In this document: positions 49,803 to 62,600 of the stretch, piece after piece
Position numbering within the stretch: position 1 is the first letter of the stretch
Layout: every line of letters starts with the position of its first letter
Assembly: GCA_003971905.1 (NCBI GenBank)
Contig: RSEE01000022.1
Span: forward strand, 310,001 to 374,000
Direction: 5' to 3'
From: Moniliella sp. 'wahieum'
Taxonomy: Eukaryota
DNA: 64,000 nt
The notes under the pieces: model-generated
What the model was told of the DNA's origin: nothing
Seen by the model: the letters and a program-made list of their open reading frames with translations, nothing else
The model's database searches: none
Made by a program: the position numbers and the translations under genes

Positions 49803-51483
49803 ATGGCCGGCCGCTTGGGTATGATGCAACCCCCTGTCTTTGTCCTCCGGGAGGGCACCGATACGTCCCAAGGAACAGGCCAGTTGCTGAGCAACATTGG
49901 TGCGTGCCAAACCGTTGTTGATTGCGTCGCCTCAACCCTTGGCCCCCCGGGATGGACAAGCTTATCATTGACAGCCGGGGCAAGAGCACCATCTCCAACG
50001 ACGGCGCGACGATTCTCAAGCTACTCGAGATTGTTCATCCTGCTGCGCGTACCCTGGTGGATATTGCCCGGGCTCAAGATGCCGAGGTCGGAGACGGGAC
50101 GACGTCTGTTGTGCTCCTGGCCGGTGAGATGCTCAAGGAAGCCCGCCCCTTTGTTGAGGATGGCGTTTCGCCCCACATCATTATCCGTGCCTTCCGCACT
50201 GCGGCTCAACTGGCTGTCGAGCGCGTCAAGCAACTGTCCGTCGCTATTGACCGCAACGATCCCGAGGGCTTCCGCGACCTGCTGATGAAATGCGCCGGTA
50301 CGGCTATGAGCTCCAAGTTGATCGTCTCACAGCGCGCTTTCTTTAGCAACATGGTTGTCGACGCCGTTCAGGCACTGGACCAGGATGATCTAGACGAGAA
50401 CCTGATTGGAGTCAAAAAGGTGCCCGGCGGTGGGATGCAAGATTCCGTCTTGGTCAAGGGCGTAGCGTTTAAGAAGACGTTTGCCTATGCTGGCTTTGAG
50501 CAACAGCCAAACGGTTCGCCAACCCCAGATTCTCAATCTCAATGTGGAGCTTGAGTGAAGGCGGAGAAGGACAATGCTGAGGTTCGGATCAATGAAGTGA
50601 GCGAGTACCAAGCTATCGTCGATGCCGAGTGGAACATTATCTATGCCAAACTCGAAGCGATCGTCAAATCGGGGGCACAGGTGGTCTTGTCCAAGTTGCC
50701 CATTGGCGATCTGGCTACACAGTACTTTGCCGACCGCAACATCTTCTGTGGGGCCGTGTCGCAGCCGATGACATGCAACGCGTGATTCAAGCTGTAGGGG
50801 GTTCGGTGCAGTCAACCGTATCTGACCTACGCCCGGAGCACCTCGGTACTTGCGAGCTGTTCGAGGAGCGCCAGATCGGCTCGGAGCGATTCAATCTTTT
50901 CGAAGGCTGTCATTCTGCCAAAACCTGCACCCTTATCCTCCGTGGCGGGGCTGAGCAGTTCATTGCTGAGGTGGAGCGCTCCCTCCACGATGCCATCATG
51001 ATCGTCAAGCGTGCGATCAAGAATGGTTCGATCGTTGCCGGCGGTGGCGCTGTGGAGATGGAACTGTCCAAGTATCTGCGTGATTACGCACGGACCATCC
51101 AGGGGAAACAGCAGCTAATCATTGGCGCCTTTGCCAAGGCGCTCGAAGTGATTCCGCGGCAAATTGCAGACAATGCCGGGCTGGATGCTACGGATTTGTT
51201 GAATCAGCTGAGGATGCGGCATGCTCAAGGCCATGCTTGGGATGGGATTGATATGGATACCGACGGGGTGGCTAACAACTTGGAAAAGTTCGTGTGGGAG
51301 CCATCGCTGGTCAAGATCAACGCCATTTCTTCAGCTGCAGAAGCTGCCACTCTCATCCTTTCCGTCGATGAGACGATCAAGAACCAGCAGTCCGAGCGAC
51401 CCAACCCAGGACCCCCAGCGCCGCCTGGGACTGCGCAGCGCGCGTTGCGCGGGGCCGGTCGCCGAACCGGTGGGCGACGGTAA
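49803..51483 (+). CDS. CCT7: T-complex protein 1 subunit eta (CCT chaperonin); frameshifted
   Basis: [84 protein letters not shown]. Confidence 0.95.
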
Positions 51484-51673
51484 GTGGCTGCCTATGCCAC
51501 CAGGGCTGGTCTTTTCTTCTCGTGTCTCCCTACCTTGTACTTTTTCCCGCACCAAATGAGCCCCGTGTTCCCTCATTGATACTCTCCTGCTTGGCAGCCT
51601 AGGCCAAGCCAGGCCAGCTGCCTGCCACGTGTGAGTCGCCCTCTCTATAGAAGCTGTCCAGGGAGAAATTTTG

Positions 51674-53670
51674 TCAGTTTAGAAGTTGGGTCGGGGCGTG
51701 CGACCAGTTTTCGTCGCCTTCCAACAGAGTGAACACGTCCACCTCCCAACCGAGCAAGAGCGGGCCGCGATACTCGCGGGGCGCATTGTCCAAATCCACT
51801 TCTTCCACGCGGTGGCCTGCGGCCAAGTCGGTGCAGGTAGCGCGGAGATGGTCTTGGATCAGGGCCAGGCCCTCGCCGGCCCGCACCCGTTCGCGCGCCA
51901 TGCATGTGATCAGCAAATCCTCCAGCCGTTCGGGAAAAGGCATGCGCCTGGTCCAGCGCCGGCGGGAAGCGGTCGGTGCACCAGGGGGACGGATGAGGCA
52001 CCATCCGCGCCGGGTTGCGGCCCGTTGGTTCCAGCCCAGCGACTATTTGCGGCAACAAACCTCGGGCGCATAGGGATCCGTATCCAACATCGATGCTCGT
52101 CCCGCGCCGGCAGGGAGCCCACCCGTAGCGACATCGATGGTTTCCTTCCTGTTGGTTGTTGGGATCGCTCCGCTCCCCGCGCGCGAGGGGACAGATGAGT
52201 TCGTGGACGCATAGCAGTCCGCCGTGTACAGTGCATGCCGCCCCACCAAATCCTCCGCCCCCACTCGAGCCGAAGAAGACGCGGGATGAGGCGGAATGCG
52301 CGGCCCAGGGCCCAGGCCCGGTCCTGGGCTACCCCACTCGTGGTATAGGGCATGTAGAGCGCGGTCAACATTAGGCTCAGCAAGCGCGTTTGCAAAAGCA
52401 CATGGTCGCGGCCCAGTTGGTCCAGAAGGGTTTGCATCGCATGATCCATCTCTTGGATCTGCACAATGCCCCGCATTGGTCCCTACTGCTCCTCGAAGGA
52501 GCATGGTACAACGATGCCTCGCCCACCTTGCGCGACCATTTGCTACCAGGGTCAACGACCATTCCGACCATGCCGACACCGGGGTGGAAGTAATCGAAGC
52601 CCATCCCACCAAGGGGGTGCATACCATCCAATCGGCTACCAGGAGGCCCCACAGCTCAGCATCTCCTGGGCCGTCGAAAGGGGCAATCCCAGTTCTTGCG
52701 CGATAGTAAGGCAGGTTTTCAGCAGCTCAGCCCCGCCCGAGGGGGCAGCCATACATTCAGGCGAAAGGAGGAGCGCCAGTCCGTTGCGCAAGATGGCGCG
52801 AGCCGAGTCTCCTGGCCAGAGATGGGCAGGGTTGTGCCCTCTGGTTGGCCGAGGCGACACTGGCATGAAACAATTTGATAGACTGATGAATGAGCGCTGA
52901 ACTGTGGACGTGCACCTCGGATGCACGGCCAATCATCCCCCAGGCGACCAACTGGAGCGCAGGCAACACTTCGCAGGCTGAAGCAAACGCAGCAATCAGA
53001 AAGCCGAGGTTGCCCATCACGGTTGCCAGATCGGGGTGGTGGGCCTTGGATACTACGAGCCCCAACAGGGCGAGGTCCAAGATTTCGTGCGAGTACGAAC
53101 GCCAGTTGGCCCGCGCTTCCTCTTCCATATCGGCCTGGGAGTAAAAGGGCCAATCGGCGGAATAAGAGGCGTACACATGCAACAGAGCTTGTACTTGCAC
53201 CAGGTGCGCTGGCATCACCGCCCGACACGCCTCCAACAGTTTGGTTTCGGCGGGGGACATGTGCCAATCGTACTTTGCCTCCAACGGCGCAGGGGGAAGT
53301 GGGTGTGGGCGTGGACGGGCGGGGAGCGGATCGGGGGGGCGGCTGAAGCGGGGCGCCGGAGGCGGCGTGGGAGCTGGCTGACGGCGCACCGGCAGAAGGG
53401 CCGAGCGGGAGCAACACGCTTGGGACATCGTGAGGCGGTGGCGGCGGCAAGGCCGGGCACGGCGGTTCGTGGTGTGAAGAGGGGAAGGGGAACGCGCCAT
53501 GATGCAGGCTGAGGCAGGCAGGCTGCGTGCCTCACAGCGGCCGCAGATTGGCCGCCGCCGGTCACAGCGGACCTTGGCGTCACGGCAGGCGGCGCAGCTG
53601 TGGATCTTGCGGCGCTTGGCGGGCGGATGAGAGTGGGGGGGGCCTCAGGGCGCTTGTGGTGGCCGTCCAT
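51674..53670 (-). CDS. Hypothetical protein, Pro-rich N-terminus plus a helical domain; frameshifted
   Basis: Consecutive protein-like minus-strand fragments (53215-53850, 52757-53500, 52636-52932, 51910-52476, 51674-51943). No family recognised. Confidence 0.5.
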
Positions 53671-53716
53671 GAGGAGGGCAGGGAGTGTGGAAAAGAGTGG
53701 GGAGTACGGAGAGAGA

Positions 53717-53799
53717 GGTAGAAGCAGAAGGAGAAAGAGAAGGAGAAGGAGAAGAAGAGAAGAGAGAAAGAGAAAGAGAAGGAGTAAGAGAAGAGAGAA

Positions 53800-53832
<33 letters not shown>

Positions 53833-53841
53833 ACGAAGAAG
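53717..53841. repeat. Polypurine (GAA/AGA/GGA) low-complexity tract upstream of the minus-strand hypothetical gene
   Basis: Read directly from the sequence. Confidence 0.9.
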
Positions 53842-54459
53842 ACATCCCACTCCCAGCGGCGCATATATATCTGTTGGTCATTCATGCAGCCTAGTGCTGC
53901 GCCACAAGTAGGCAACAGGGAGCGGACGATGTGGGCGGCGGATGATGTCGATGATGCAGATGATGTGAAAATGGAAGCTTCAAAGCTTCAGCCTCAATTC
54001 ACCAATCAGTTCCACGTCCAATTGCACGTCCAACGTCCGAGCCAGCGTGCACAAGCACTGCCGCATAATGTCACCTGCGTTGCGCATCATATCTCACCTT
54101 CTCGGCCGCTACCCAAGACCAAGAAGACGCGTGGCGCACCGCGCTCAGACCATCGGTTGATCTATCGATTGAGATCAATCGATCGCCATTACTCATCCGT
54201 CGCGCAGCACTCCGAGGGACAAGTGGGGAGCGGGCGGCACACTGGCTGCGGCTGCGCCCGGGTGGTGAAGAGGGCGTGGATAGGGGCGGGGCTGGTCCTG
54301 CTCAGGCTCACGCAGGCGTGGGGACCGGCGCTCGAGTGATCTAGGGATCTACCCGAGCAGCATCACCCGGTGGGGTGGGGCAGTCGGGGGCGGGTGCTGC
54401 CGGCAAAGCATGCTGGTCGGGTCGGAGATCGGAGATTGGACCAGTGATCGAGTCACTAG

Positions 54460-54524
54460 TCATCGATAGTCATCGATCATCGATCATCGACATCGATCAT
54501 CGACATCGATCATCGACATCGATC
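54460..54524. repeat. (CATCGAT/CATCGA)n tandem array
   Basis: Read directly from the sequence. Confidence 0.9.
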
Positions 54525-56319
54525 ATCCCTTTCATCGATCAATTTCAATTTCATCAGCCATCGATGCGTGTGATGCGTGTGATACAGACACCTGAAACGC
54601 ATGACATGTGACATGGAGGCCCGTGCGTCTTGTCCAGTACCGTCCTATCTCATGCGCCTATTACCTCCTCTCTCCCCTCGCCCTCCCAATGCAGGCAGCA
54701 ACCCATCGAAACCGCCATAGCCGCGCCCCGTCCCTAGCGCTGCGTCCAGCCCACCTGCGCGCGGACCAATGGCGTGAGTTGCCATCCAACGCACGGGCTG
54801 GCACGCTCTGCCATCAGCGCCGACGTGCCGGGCTCAGCACTGGCTCCTCCTCGGCTGGCGCCCGCGCTCCACCCCCCCACCGGAGGGTAAGCCTGCGCTC
54901 CCCATCGCGTACCGAGGCATGTTCGCCGATTCGCGCCGCAGGCAGCGGCGGCGGCAGCATAACGCGCGCCCCATGGTAGCCCCCCGGGCTGGCGCGCAGC
55001 TGCGGCGAGGCCGTGTCGCGAAGCCGCTGATATCTACCACCACCGAAAACTCGTTGGTCCGAGGCGGAGCGAACGAACGAGGTCGGCTTGGCGATGGCAA
55101 CAGTAAACGGTAACGGTACCGTACCGGTGGGGATGACGTACAAGCTTCGCCGCTCTGGCGGGAGGAGGGGGAGGTAGACAGAGGACCCGGTGAGGTGGGA
55201 GGATACTCGGGTGCCGCGTGTCCGCCAACGACGCGGGAACAAAGGACGGAGGAGGGCATGTCTGGGTGGGCCAAGACGGGTGACATGGTTGTCATGCTGC
55301 CGCCCAAATGCGACAGGGCAGGTACAGGAGGCGCTACAGTGGGAATCCTATGCGCGTAGGATGCGGTCTCGGCAGCGTAGTTGCGTCCCAACGTTTGGAA
55401 ACGCTCTGGAGGCAGATGGGAGAGGCGGGCGATGGATGCGTGGAGACGTGGAGGGGGTTAAGGAGGTGGCTCAGGGGACTGGAGGGGGACAAGGGATTGT
55501 GTTGGTACGTGGGACCACAGATTAGATTCGGTGCGAGTTGAGGACTGAGTTTGGAACGGGGTCCGAGGTTGAGAGTGTAACGCAAGAGGGAGAGCAGGCT
55601 ACTCGGTTCGCACTGGTGGGCTGAGAGAGTGCCTTGTGGCCATGGAGAGGGCGCTTGCCGCTTCTGTTGCCAGCGTGGGTGCGGGTGTCGAGGGGGGCAC
55701 GAAAGGAGCGATAAACTTCTCGCCGCGGGTGACAAACGGACGAAGACGAGCTTAATGGGGAGTCCACCGCTCAAGGGGGTCCATCTCGACCAAGCCCTGC
55801 AGAAAGTCAATGAAGCAAGCACGCTGAGTTTGTTCTGGATCGATCTTTCTATCCCGCTAAACAACCAATATGAAGAGCGCCTAGCAGATTCGGGGCAACC
55901 GAGCATGCTGGTCGTTTTGAATTTATGGCCAGACTAGACGTTGGCTCAAAAAGCCAGTGAAGCGTGCACACCACTGGACCCATGACGCGACGGCAGCTAA
56001 CATTTGCATCCTGAGGCAGACGTCCTTGTGAGGCTCCAGCGAGTCGGTCCCCACAGGGCCGCAGTAGCGGTGCCTGGCCTGAGGAGACCAAATCGATTTG
56101 GACAAAGAGGCGACGGCGGGGGCGGAGCAGGCGGAGAAGGGTGAGCAACCCTACCGAGAAACGCGAAATGCTGCGGGTGCGTTCGCACTGCCCCTCTGCC
56201 TGGTTCTGTCCAACCCTACTGCGGGGCGCGGAGGTGGGCACGGCTGCGAGCGCTGCGCTTGCCCATGGCCGCCGTCGCTGGGTCTGGTGGCACTGAGACG
56301 AGCCACCAACCCAACTGCC

Positions 56320-56825
56320 ATGCCCACCCGTCTGCACAACACGCGCAAGCACCGTGGCCACGTGTCCTCTGGCCACGGCCGTATTGGGTGCGTACTCTCC
56401 CGTCTGTTGCTTGTTCTCAGCGGGCATAGTTGGCCCTGACGCTCTGGCCTCAGCAAGCACCGCAAGCACCCGGGTGGTCGCGGTCTCGCGGGTGGTCAGC
56501 ACCACCACCGCACCAACTTTGACAAGTACCACCCTGGGTACTTTGGTAAGGTGGGTGCGCCACTTCCACCAGCTGACAACCACTACTGGCGCCGGTGATC
56601 AACCTGGACAAGCTCTGGACTTGGTCCGGCCTCGGCGCGGGAGGGTCTGACGGCAAGCTCGACCGAGGTGCCGGTGATTGACACGCTGGCCGCCGGCTAC
56701 GGCAAGGTGCTCGCCAAGGGCAACCTTCCCAAGCTCCCCTTCATTGTCAAGGCGCGCTTTGTCTCGGCCGCCGCCGAGTACAAGATCAAGGAGGCTGGCG
56801 GTGGGGTGATCCAACTGGTGCGTAA
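56320..56825 (+). CDS. RPL28: 60S ribosomal protein uL15 (yeast L28 / metazoan L27a), intron ~56388-56453; 3' end approximate
   Basis: [23 protein letters not shown] | [58 protein letters not shown]. Confidence 0.95.
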
Positions 56826-56933
56826 GCGTACCCCCCATCAGGTCTTTCCTGTTCGACTGGATTCATTCGCACTCTTTGGTTTTCGCTGATTACATCCAAC
56901 GGGCATAGATTCACACTCTCGTCACATAGCAAC

Positions 56934-59201
56934 CTACCCCCTGTTTGCCTTGGGTCGGTACCGGTCGTGCCGGGCGGCCGCGTGCCAGGCTACGCTACTG
57001 GTGGGAGTGGCGGGCTCCGGGGCATATGACTGGGGCGAGGGCTGTTGTACGGAGAAGAGTCGACGAAGAGCGGGGACTAGCGGTACGTAAGACGGGAGGT
57101 ACGCCCAACCGTGGCTCGGGCGGTGCCCGAGGGCTGGCAGACGGGTGGCCCACACGGTGAGAGGGCCCAGGAGGATAGTGAGACTGGTGGCTGGCACTGT
57201 TGGTAGTGGCCCAAGCCGGCGACGGCTCGGCTCGCAGGCGACCTAGCACCACTCCCTGTTCGGTATATACGTCGAGCCACTGCGCTGCCGCCCCACAACT
57301 GCTCCTCCACCGTGTTGGTTGGGATGGAAAGGGGCATGCGCAGCAGCTGCGCGGCCAGCTGGTCAGTGGCACAGGTGGGGCTGTCCGAGCCTGCGTACGA
57401 CTGAAGGATCGAGTGAAGGAGGGACGAGAGGATCGCGGCCGGCACTCTCCTCGTCGGGGTGGGGCGGGAGGTGAGGGCGTCCATCATCGGCACTGGCGTG
57501 AAGAAAAAGGGGTCGGACCAGACTTTGGCGACGGATGACGACGCCTTGGGTCCGGGGAAGCGAAGGGGCAGGAGGGTGCATGGACCACCAGTTGGACAAC
57601 AGTGCGTCGGAACCGCCCGGCCCCGATTCCGACCCCGTTCTCTCGTCCTGCATCGCACCCCCAGCATCGGGCATAACCGAGAACGGAGGCTGGTCAGGAA
57701 GTTGTCCGTACTGGGACACTGGATCCGGGGAGGGTGGCGATCCTCCAAAATCCCCGTTTGTTCCCGATGGGAGCGGCGATTGGTATGCGGCAGTGAGCCC
57801 GACAGTGTATGTTCCACTGGGGCCCGTACTGCTGAGCCCGACTTGGGCCTGCGCGCCCCATTGAACCCCGAATGGGCCCTGGGGTTGGGAAGGAACGGTG
57901 CTGGGAGGGGGACTGGTAGGTACACTTAGTTGATAGGGGTAGGGGCAAATATGACCCCGGCAGAGCTGGGTGTAAGGAGCCGGGGCCCAACCCCAAAGTG
58001 GCTCGGTCGAAACAGCAGAACCTAGAGAGACTTCATGGGTTGCATGCATGACACCGTCTTTGGGCGGAAGGGGCGGCGGCGAGTCAGGGTCGTCGTGCTG
58101 CTGTCCACGTGGATGGGGTAGGTGGGCTTGCGCAAGGGCCGAGGCGGTTTGCTAGGTGCAGGTGATGCAGCTGCAGGTTGTTGAGGCGGTGAGCGGGGGA
58201 CAGCAAAGTTGGAAGGATGCCTATGTACGGATCCGGGAGGGCGAGCGGGGCCCTGCTTGGCATTTGCAGTGGCGGTGCCCCACTGCCCCCAGAAGCCTGT
58301 GTTGACCAGGTGGCAATGTAACAGGTCATCTCAAAGGCACGCTCTGCCTTGTGATGAACACTAAAGGCCCAATCGGAGGTGCGTTCAACAGTGGTGATAA
58401 AGAAGACGTCTCCCTCGCGCAAATCGTAAGAGGGCGCATAGGTTTGCATGATCCAGCCCATATGCTGAGAGAGGTAATTGCGGACAACACCTTGGGCCAG
58501 ACTCAGCTCGCGTTCCACCGGGTTGCGCAAAACCATGATCGCGCCATCGTCGCGGCCAACGGTAAAGCCCAGCGTGCCGCCGACGGGGACGCCGTGCACG
58601 GGGAAACCTCCTCCAGGAGCAGCCTTGACCCAGCTGACGTCACGCGAAAAGCGCGGTGCATAGGAAATCTGGTGCCGTTGCAGGTTCAACGCAGCCGGGT
58701 CAAGAGGCGGAGGGGGCGGGCCGACGGGATAGCGGTGGGAAGGCAAGCGCAGCATATCTCTCAGCGAGGAATGCCGCCGCAGCTGGCTGGAGGGCGAAGA
58801 TGTGGAGAAGGGCGGGGGGTGCAGGATGGATGGACGGGCCGGGCTGGAGGAGGTGGATGGAAACTGCGGGACACCGTCGTGCGGGGGGGCTGGAGGAGGA
58901 GAAGAGGCGGGTGGAGCGAGTGCGGCTGCGGCTGCGACTGGAGCTGCGGCTGGGGCTGGGGCTGCAGGCAGGGCTGATGCTGGTGCTGCGGGGGAGCGGG
59001 CGAGGCTGCGGCTGCGGCTGGGCATGCTCGCAGCGGCAGGAGGGGGGGGCGGGGGGCCGTCGAGGGCGTTGAAGAGGACCTGGACATGGCCGTCGCGCTC
59101 GAACGCCACGTCGCCGACGCGGGCTGTAGGGATACCACAGCGCATTGCCCTCGCAGACGGTGTAGAGGGAGTCTGGAAGACGTGGTGCAGCGCGGCACCA
59201 T
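56934..59201 (-). CDS. Hypothetical basidiomycete-type protein with a possible gasdermin-like core and Pro/Ser-rich insert and tail; frameshifted
   Basis: Reconstructed: SLYTVCEGNALWYP/..ARVGDVAFERDGHVQVLFNAL, GAIMVL, YLSQHMGW, LREGDVFFITTVERTSDWAF. 3' limit uncertain. Confidence 0.55.
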
Positions 59202-59631
59202 GCGTGCGGAGAGGAGGGGGGGGCGGTGGGGAGCACCGCACGAGGCGCGGCAGCCGCGTGTGGGGGATGTGGCGGGGACGCGGTGGCGGGCGCCGGTGCC
59301 CCGTAGCGCACGTGACCAGTGTGACGCGGATGGCAGCGCCATTAGTAAGGCATTCCACGTGGCAGGACAGGGGTGGGGTGACGTCATTTGCCGTCATCAG
59401 TGCGTTATCATGGGCGCAGGGGGCAGATGCGAGGAGGTGTGTGTGCTGCAGTGCCAGCGGATGCGCAGCCGCAGCATCGATGGCTGCGAGGGGTGGGTGA
59501 TGGCCTGCTCACCAAGCGCGCATCCAAGCAACGCAAACTGCGCACCCGACACGGCCACCCCACCCAGCCAGCCAGCGCCAGCCCCCCCCCCCCGCCTCCG
59601 CCCGCCCCCTGTTCCCCGCCGCCTCGCCACG

Positions 59632-62600
59632 ATGCCCGCTGCGCATGTCGCGCTGTCGCCCAGCGAGGCGCCGGCCTTCGCCCATCTCTGGCGCCTCGCC
59701 GACCCCGCCAACACCGGCCGTGTCACCGGCCCCGACGCGGTCCGCTTCTTTGCCTCGGCCGGCCTGCCCGCTGCGACGCTCAGCGACATCTGGAGCCTGG
59801 CCGACCACGACCAGAACGGCTTCCTGACCCCGCCCGCCTTCAATGTCGCCCTCCGCCTCGTCGCCCACGCCCAGCGCGGCCAGCCCATCACCCCCCCCTC
59901 ATCGACCAGCCCGGCCCGCCGCCCCGCTTGGCCGGCCTCCCCCACCCCCCCCCCCGCCCCCTCGTCGGCCTCCCGCCCCTTACTGCCGACGACCGTGCCC
60001 GCTTCAGCCGCATCTTTGCGTCCGCTTCCCCCATCGGTGGCCTGCTCGACGGCGACAAGGCCCGCGACATCTTTCTCAGGTCCAACCTGCCCTGGGACAA
60101 GCTCGGTACCATTTGGTCTCTCGCCGACACGCGTGAGCGCGGGGAGCTGGGACGTGACTGACTTTACGTGGGCATGTACTTTATCCAGCACACCATGGAC
60201 GGCGACTCCCCTCCCTGCCTGCCTCCCTGCCGCCTGGCTCTATGAGCAGGCCGCCGCCGGCGCCCCTGCTCCCGGCCCTGTTGCCGCCCCTCCTTCTGTC
60301 CTGGGCGGCATCTTTGGAAACGACCGGTCTTCGTCCCCGCTCCGCTCACAGCGCAGCACACAGGTGCGTCAGCTGGCTTTGCCAGTGCGCCTTCGGCGGT
60401 GACGCGGCAGATGACGGGCGGCGTGTCGGCGCAACACACTGGCATTGCGTCTCAATACACGGGGTTGCGGCCTCAACCGACGGGGTGAGTGCCCAGCATA
60501 CGGGCCAAGCTTCCTTCCGCTCGGCTTCTGTTGCTCCACCTGCACCGAAGGGGACAGCATGGGATGTGATCCCCAGCGAGAAGGCCAACTTTGATCGTTA
60601 CTTTGATGGGCTAGACACGGCCAACGGGTGCGGTGGACGGCGCGGCGGTTGTCCCGTTCCTGATGCAGTCCAAGTTGGACGAGGCAACGCTGGCTCATGT
60701 ATGGTAAGTATTATTTTCTTCCCCCTTGTGGTATCTGCTCTTTTCTCTCGACCAACCCCTGCGGAGAGCTAACCTTCATGTGCCTCTGTAGGGATTTGGC
60801 CGACATTACCCAGACCGGATCCCTTTCCCGGGACGAGTTTGCAGTGGCCATGCACCTCATCAATCGCAAATTGAGAGGGCAGGATGTTCCGGCTACCTAC
60901 CTGCGACGCTCATCCCGCCTTCGCTACGTCACATCTCTGTCCCTGCTCCTGAGCCCCAGACTGAGACGCAGCGTGATCTCTTTTCGTTAATGGACGATGA
61001 TGCACCTCTACCCCAGGTGCCGATTCGGGCCGACTCGGCGTTCAGACCGCCCAGCGTGGCGGGAAGCAATACGCCCAACAAGGCCATCGCTTCTCCTGGT
61101 ATTGCCTCTCCCTCTTTCGGTGCCAATCGAAATCCTCCAACGGCGACCAATGGGTTTGAGAACAGCTTCAGCCCCCGTGTGGCTTCTCCTGCCGCATCGG
61201 CAGGTCCATCGAGCAGTTGCTCCTCCCGTTGCTACTACGGCTACTACGGGTGGTTCTGCAGCCGTGGAAGAGGAAAGCGAGAACATTTTTGATGCTGCCG
61301 CTTCTGCCACTGGTCCCGGACGGTATGGAGAGGTTCAAAGTGAGTTGGAGAAGGAGCGGAAGGCGGTGCGGGAGCTGGAGCGCAAGAACAAGGCGAAAAT
61401 GGGCGAAGTCGAAACGGTGCGCGCTGACTTGATCCACGAGGAAAGCACACTGAGTGCCCTTCAGGCGAACAAAGACGAATTGGAACAAGCCCTGTTGAAG
61501 GATCGGGAGGAAACGCGGGTTCTGCGCACTCGCGTGGGGGAATTGGAGCCCAGACCAAGACGTTGGAAGAGGAAATGGAGAAGTTGCGTAAGGATGCTCG
61601 TCATCAAAGGGGGCTCCATGCCATTGCCCAAAACAACTTGCCTCTGCCGAAAGCGAGTGCGAGCGCTTAACCAAGGAGCTGGAAGAGCTCAAGAACCCTG
61701 CTTCAAAGTCTGCCACGCCAGCTGAGGCGGCCCCGGCACCCCACCGGAAGGATAGCGACGCAACGGCCAAAGTTAAAATCCCTCACGATGTTGCTACGGT
61801 TCCTGCTGCTCCTGCACGGGACCTGAGTAGCAGCCAGCGCAGCGCCAATCCCTTTGGCATCTCCGATGCAGCCCTTACTTCGGCACCGCCGCCGCCCAAG
61901 ACCGGTACCAAAGGGTTTGATGATGCATTTGGTGCGTTTGATGTGCCGGCACCAGCTGCACCTGCCCCCGCGGCTCCGGGGCCCGTACCGGGCGGCTTCA
62001 AGGATGGGTTTGATGATGCTTTCTCCGACTTGGCTCCGCCGCCTCAGGCAACCGCAACTCCAGCTCATGCTCCTGCTTTGGCCCCAGCCGCTGCGACGAG
62101 GATGACGATTCGTCCGAGGACGATGAAGGTCCCGAAGACCTGGATCGCCCCCGTACTGTGCCCCGATGGGACGCCGCCAACTCTCGTCGTGTGCCGCCCG
62201 CTGTACCTGGGCGTGCACCGCGGCGCCAGCGGCCGCACCGCCAACCTCGTCCCTGAACGACTTTGACTCGGCCTTTGCCGGCTTTGGCCCACCTGCCCCG
62301 CCCCCCGCCGACAGGAGCGGCTAAGGCGGCCGCCTCGGCCGATCCGTTTGAACCAGACTTTAGCTTTGCCCCCAGTTTTGCTCCCGTCACTAGCACGGCG
62401 GCAACCGCGTCCAAGCCGACCCCCTCTGCCCCCAGCTCTAAAGCGCCTGACTTTTTCCCCGGGTTTGACAATTCGTTTGGCTCGGCCGCGCCTGCCCCCA
62501 CTCGGGCACCAGCGCCCCCCACCTCGTACAGTAACAGCGCATTTGATGATGCTTTTGGTGTCTCCTCTGCACCCGCTGCACCCCCGCTGCGCCGCCATCC

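Noticed and set aside
53580..53915. ORFs with poly-Ser/Phe/Leu or poly-Arg/Lys
   Set aside because: Translations of the purine microsatellite, not real proteins.
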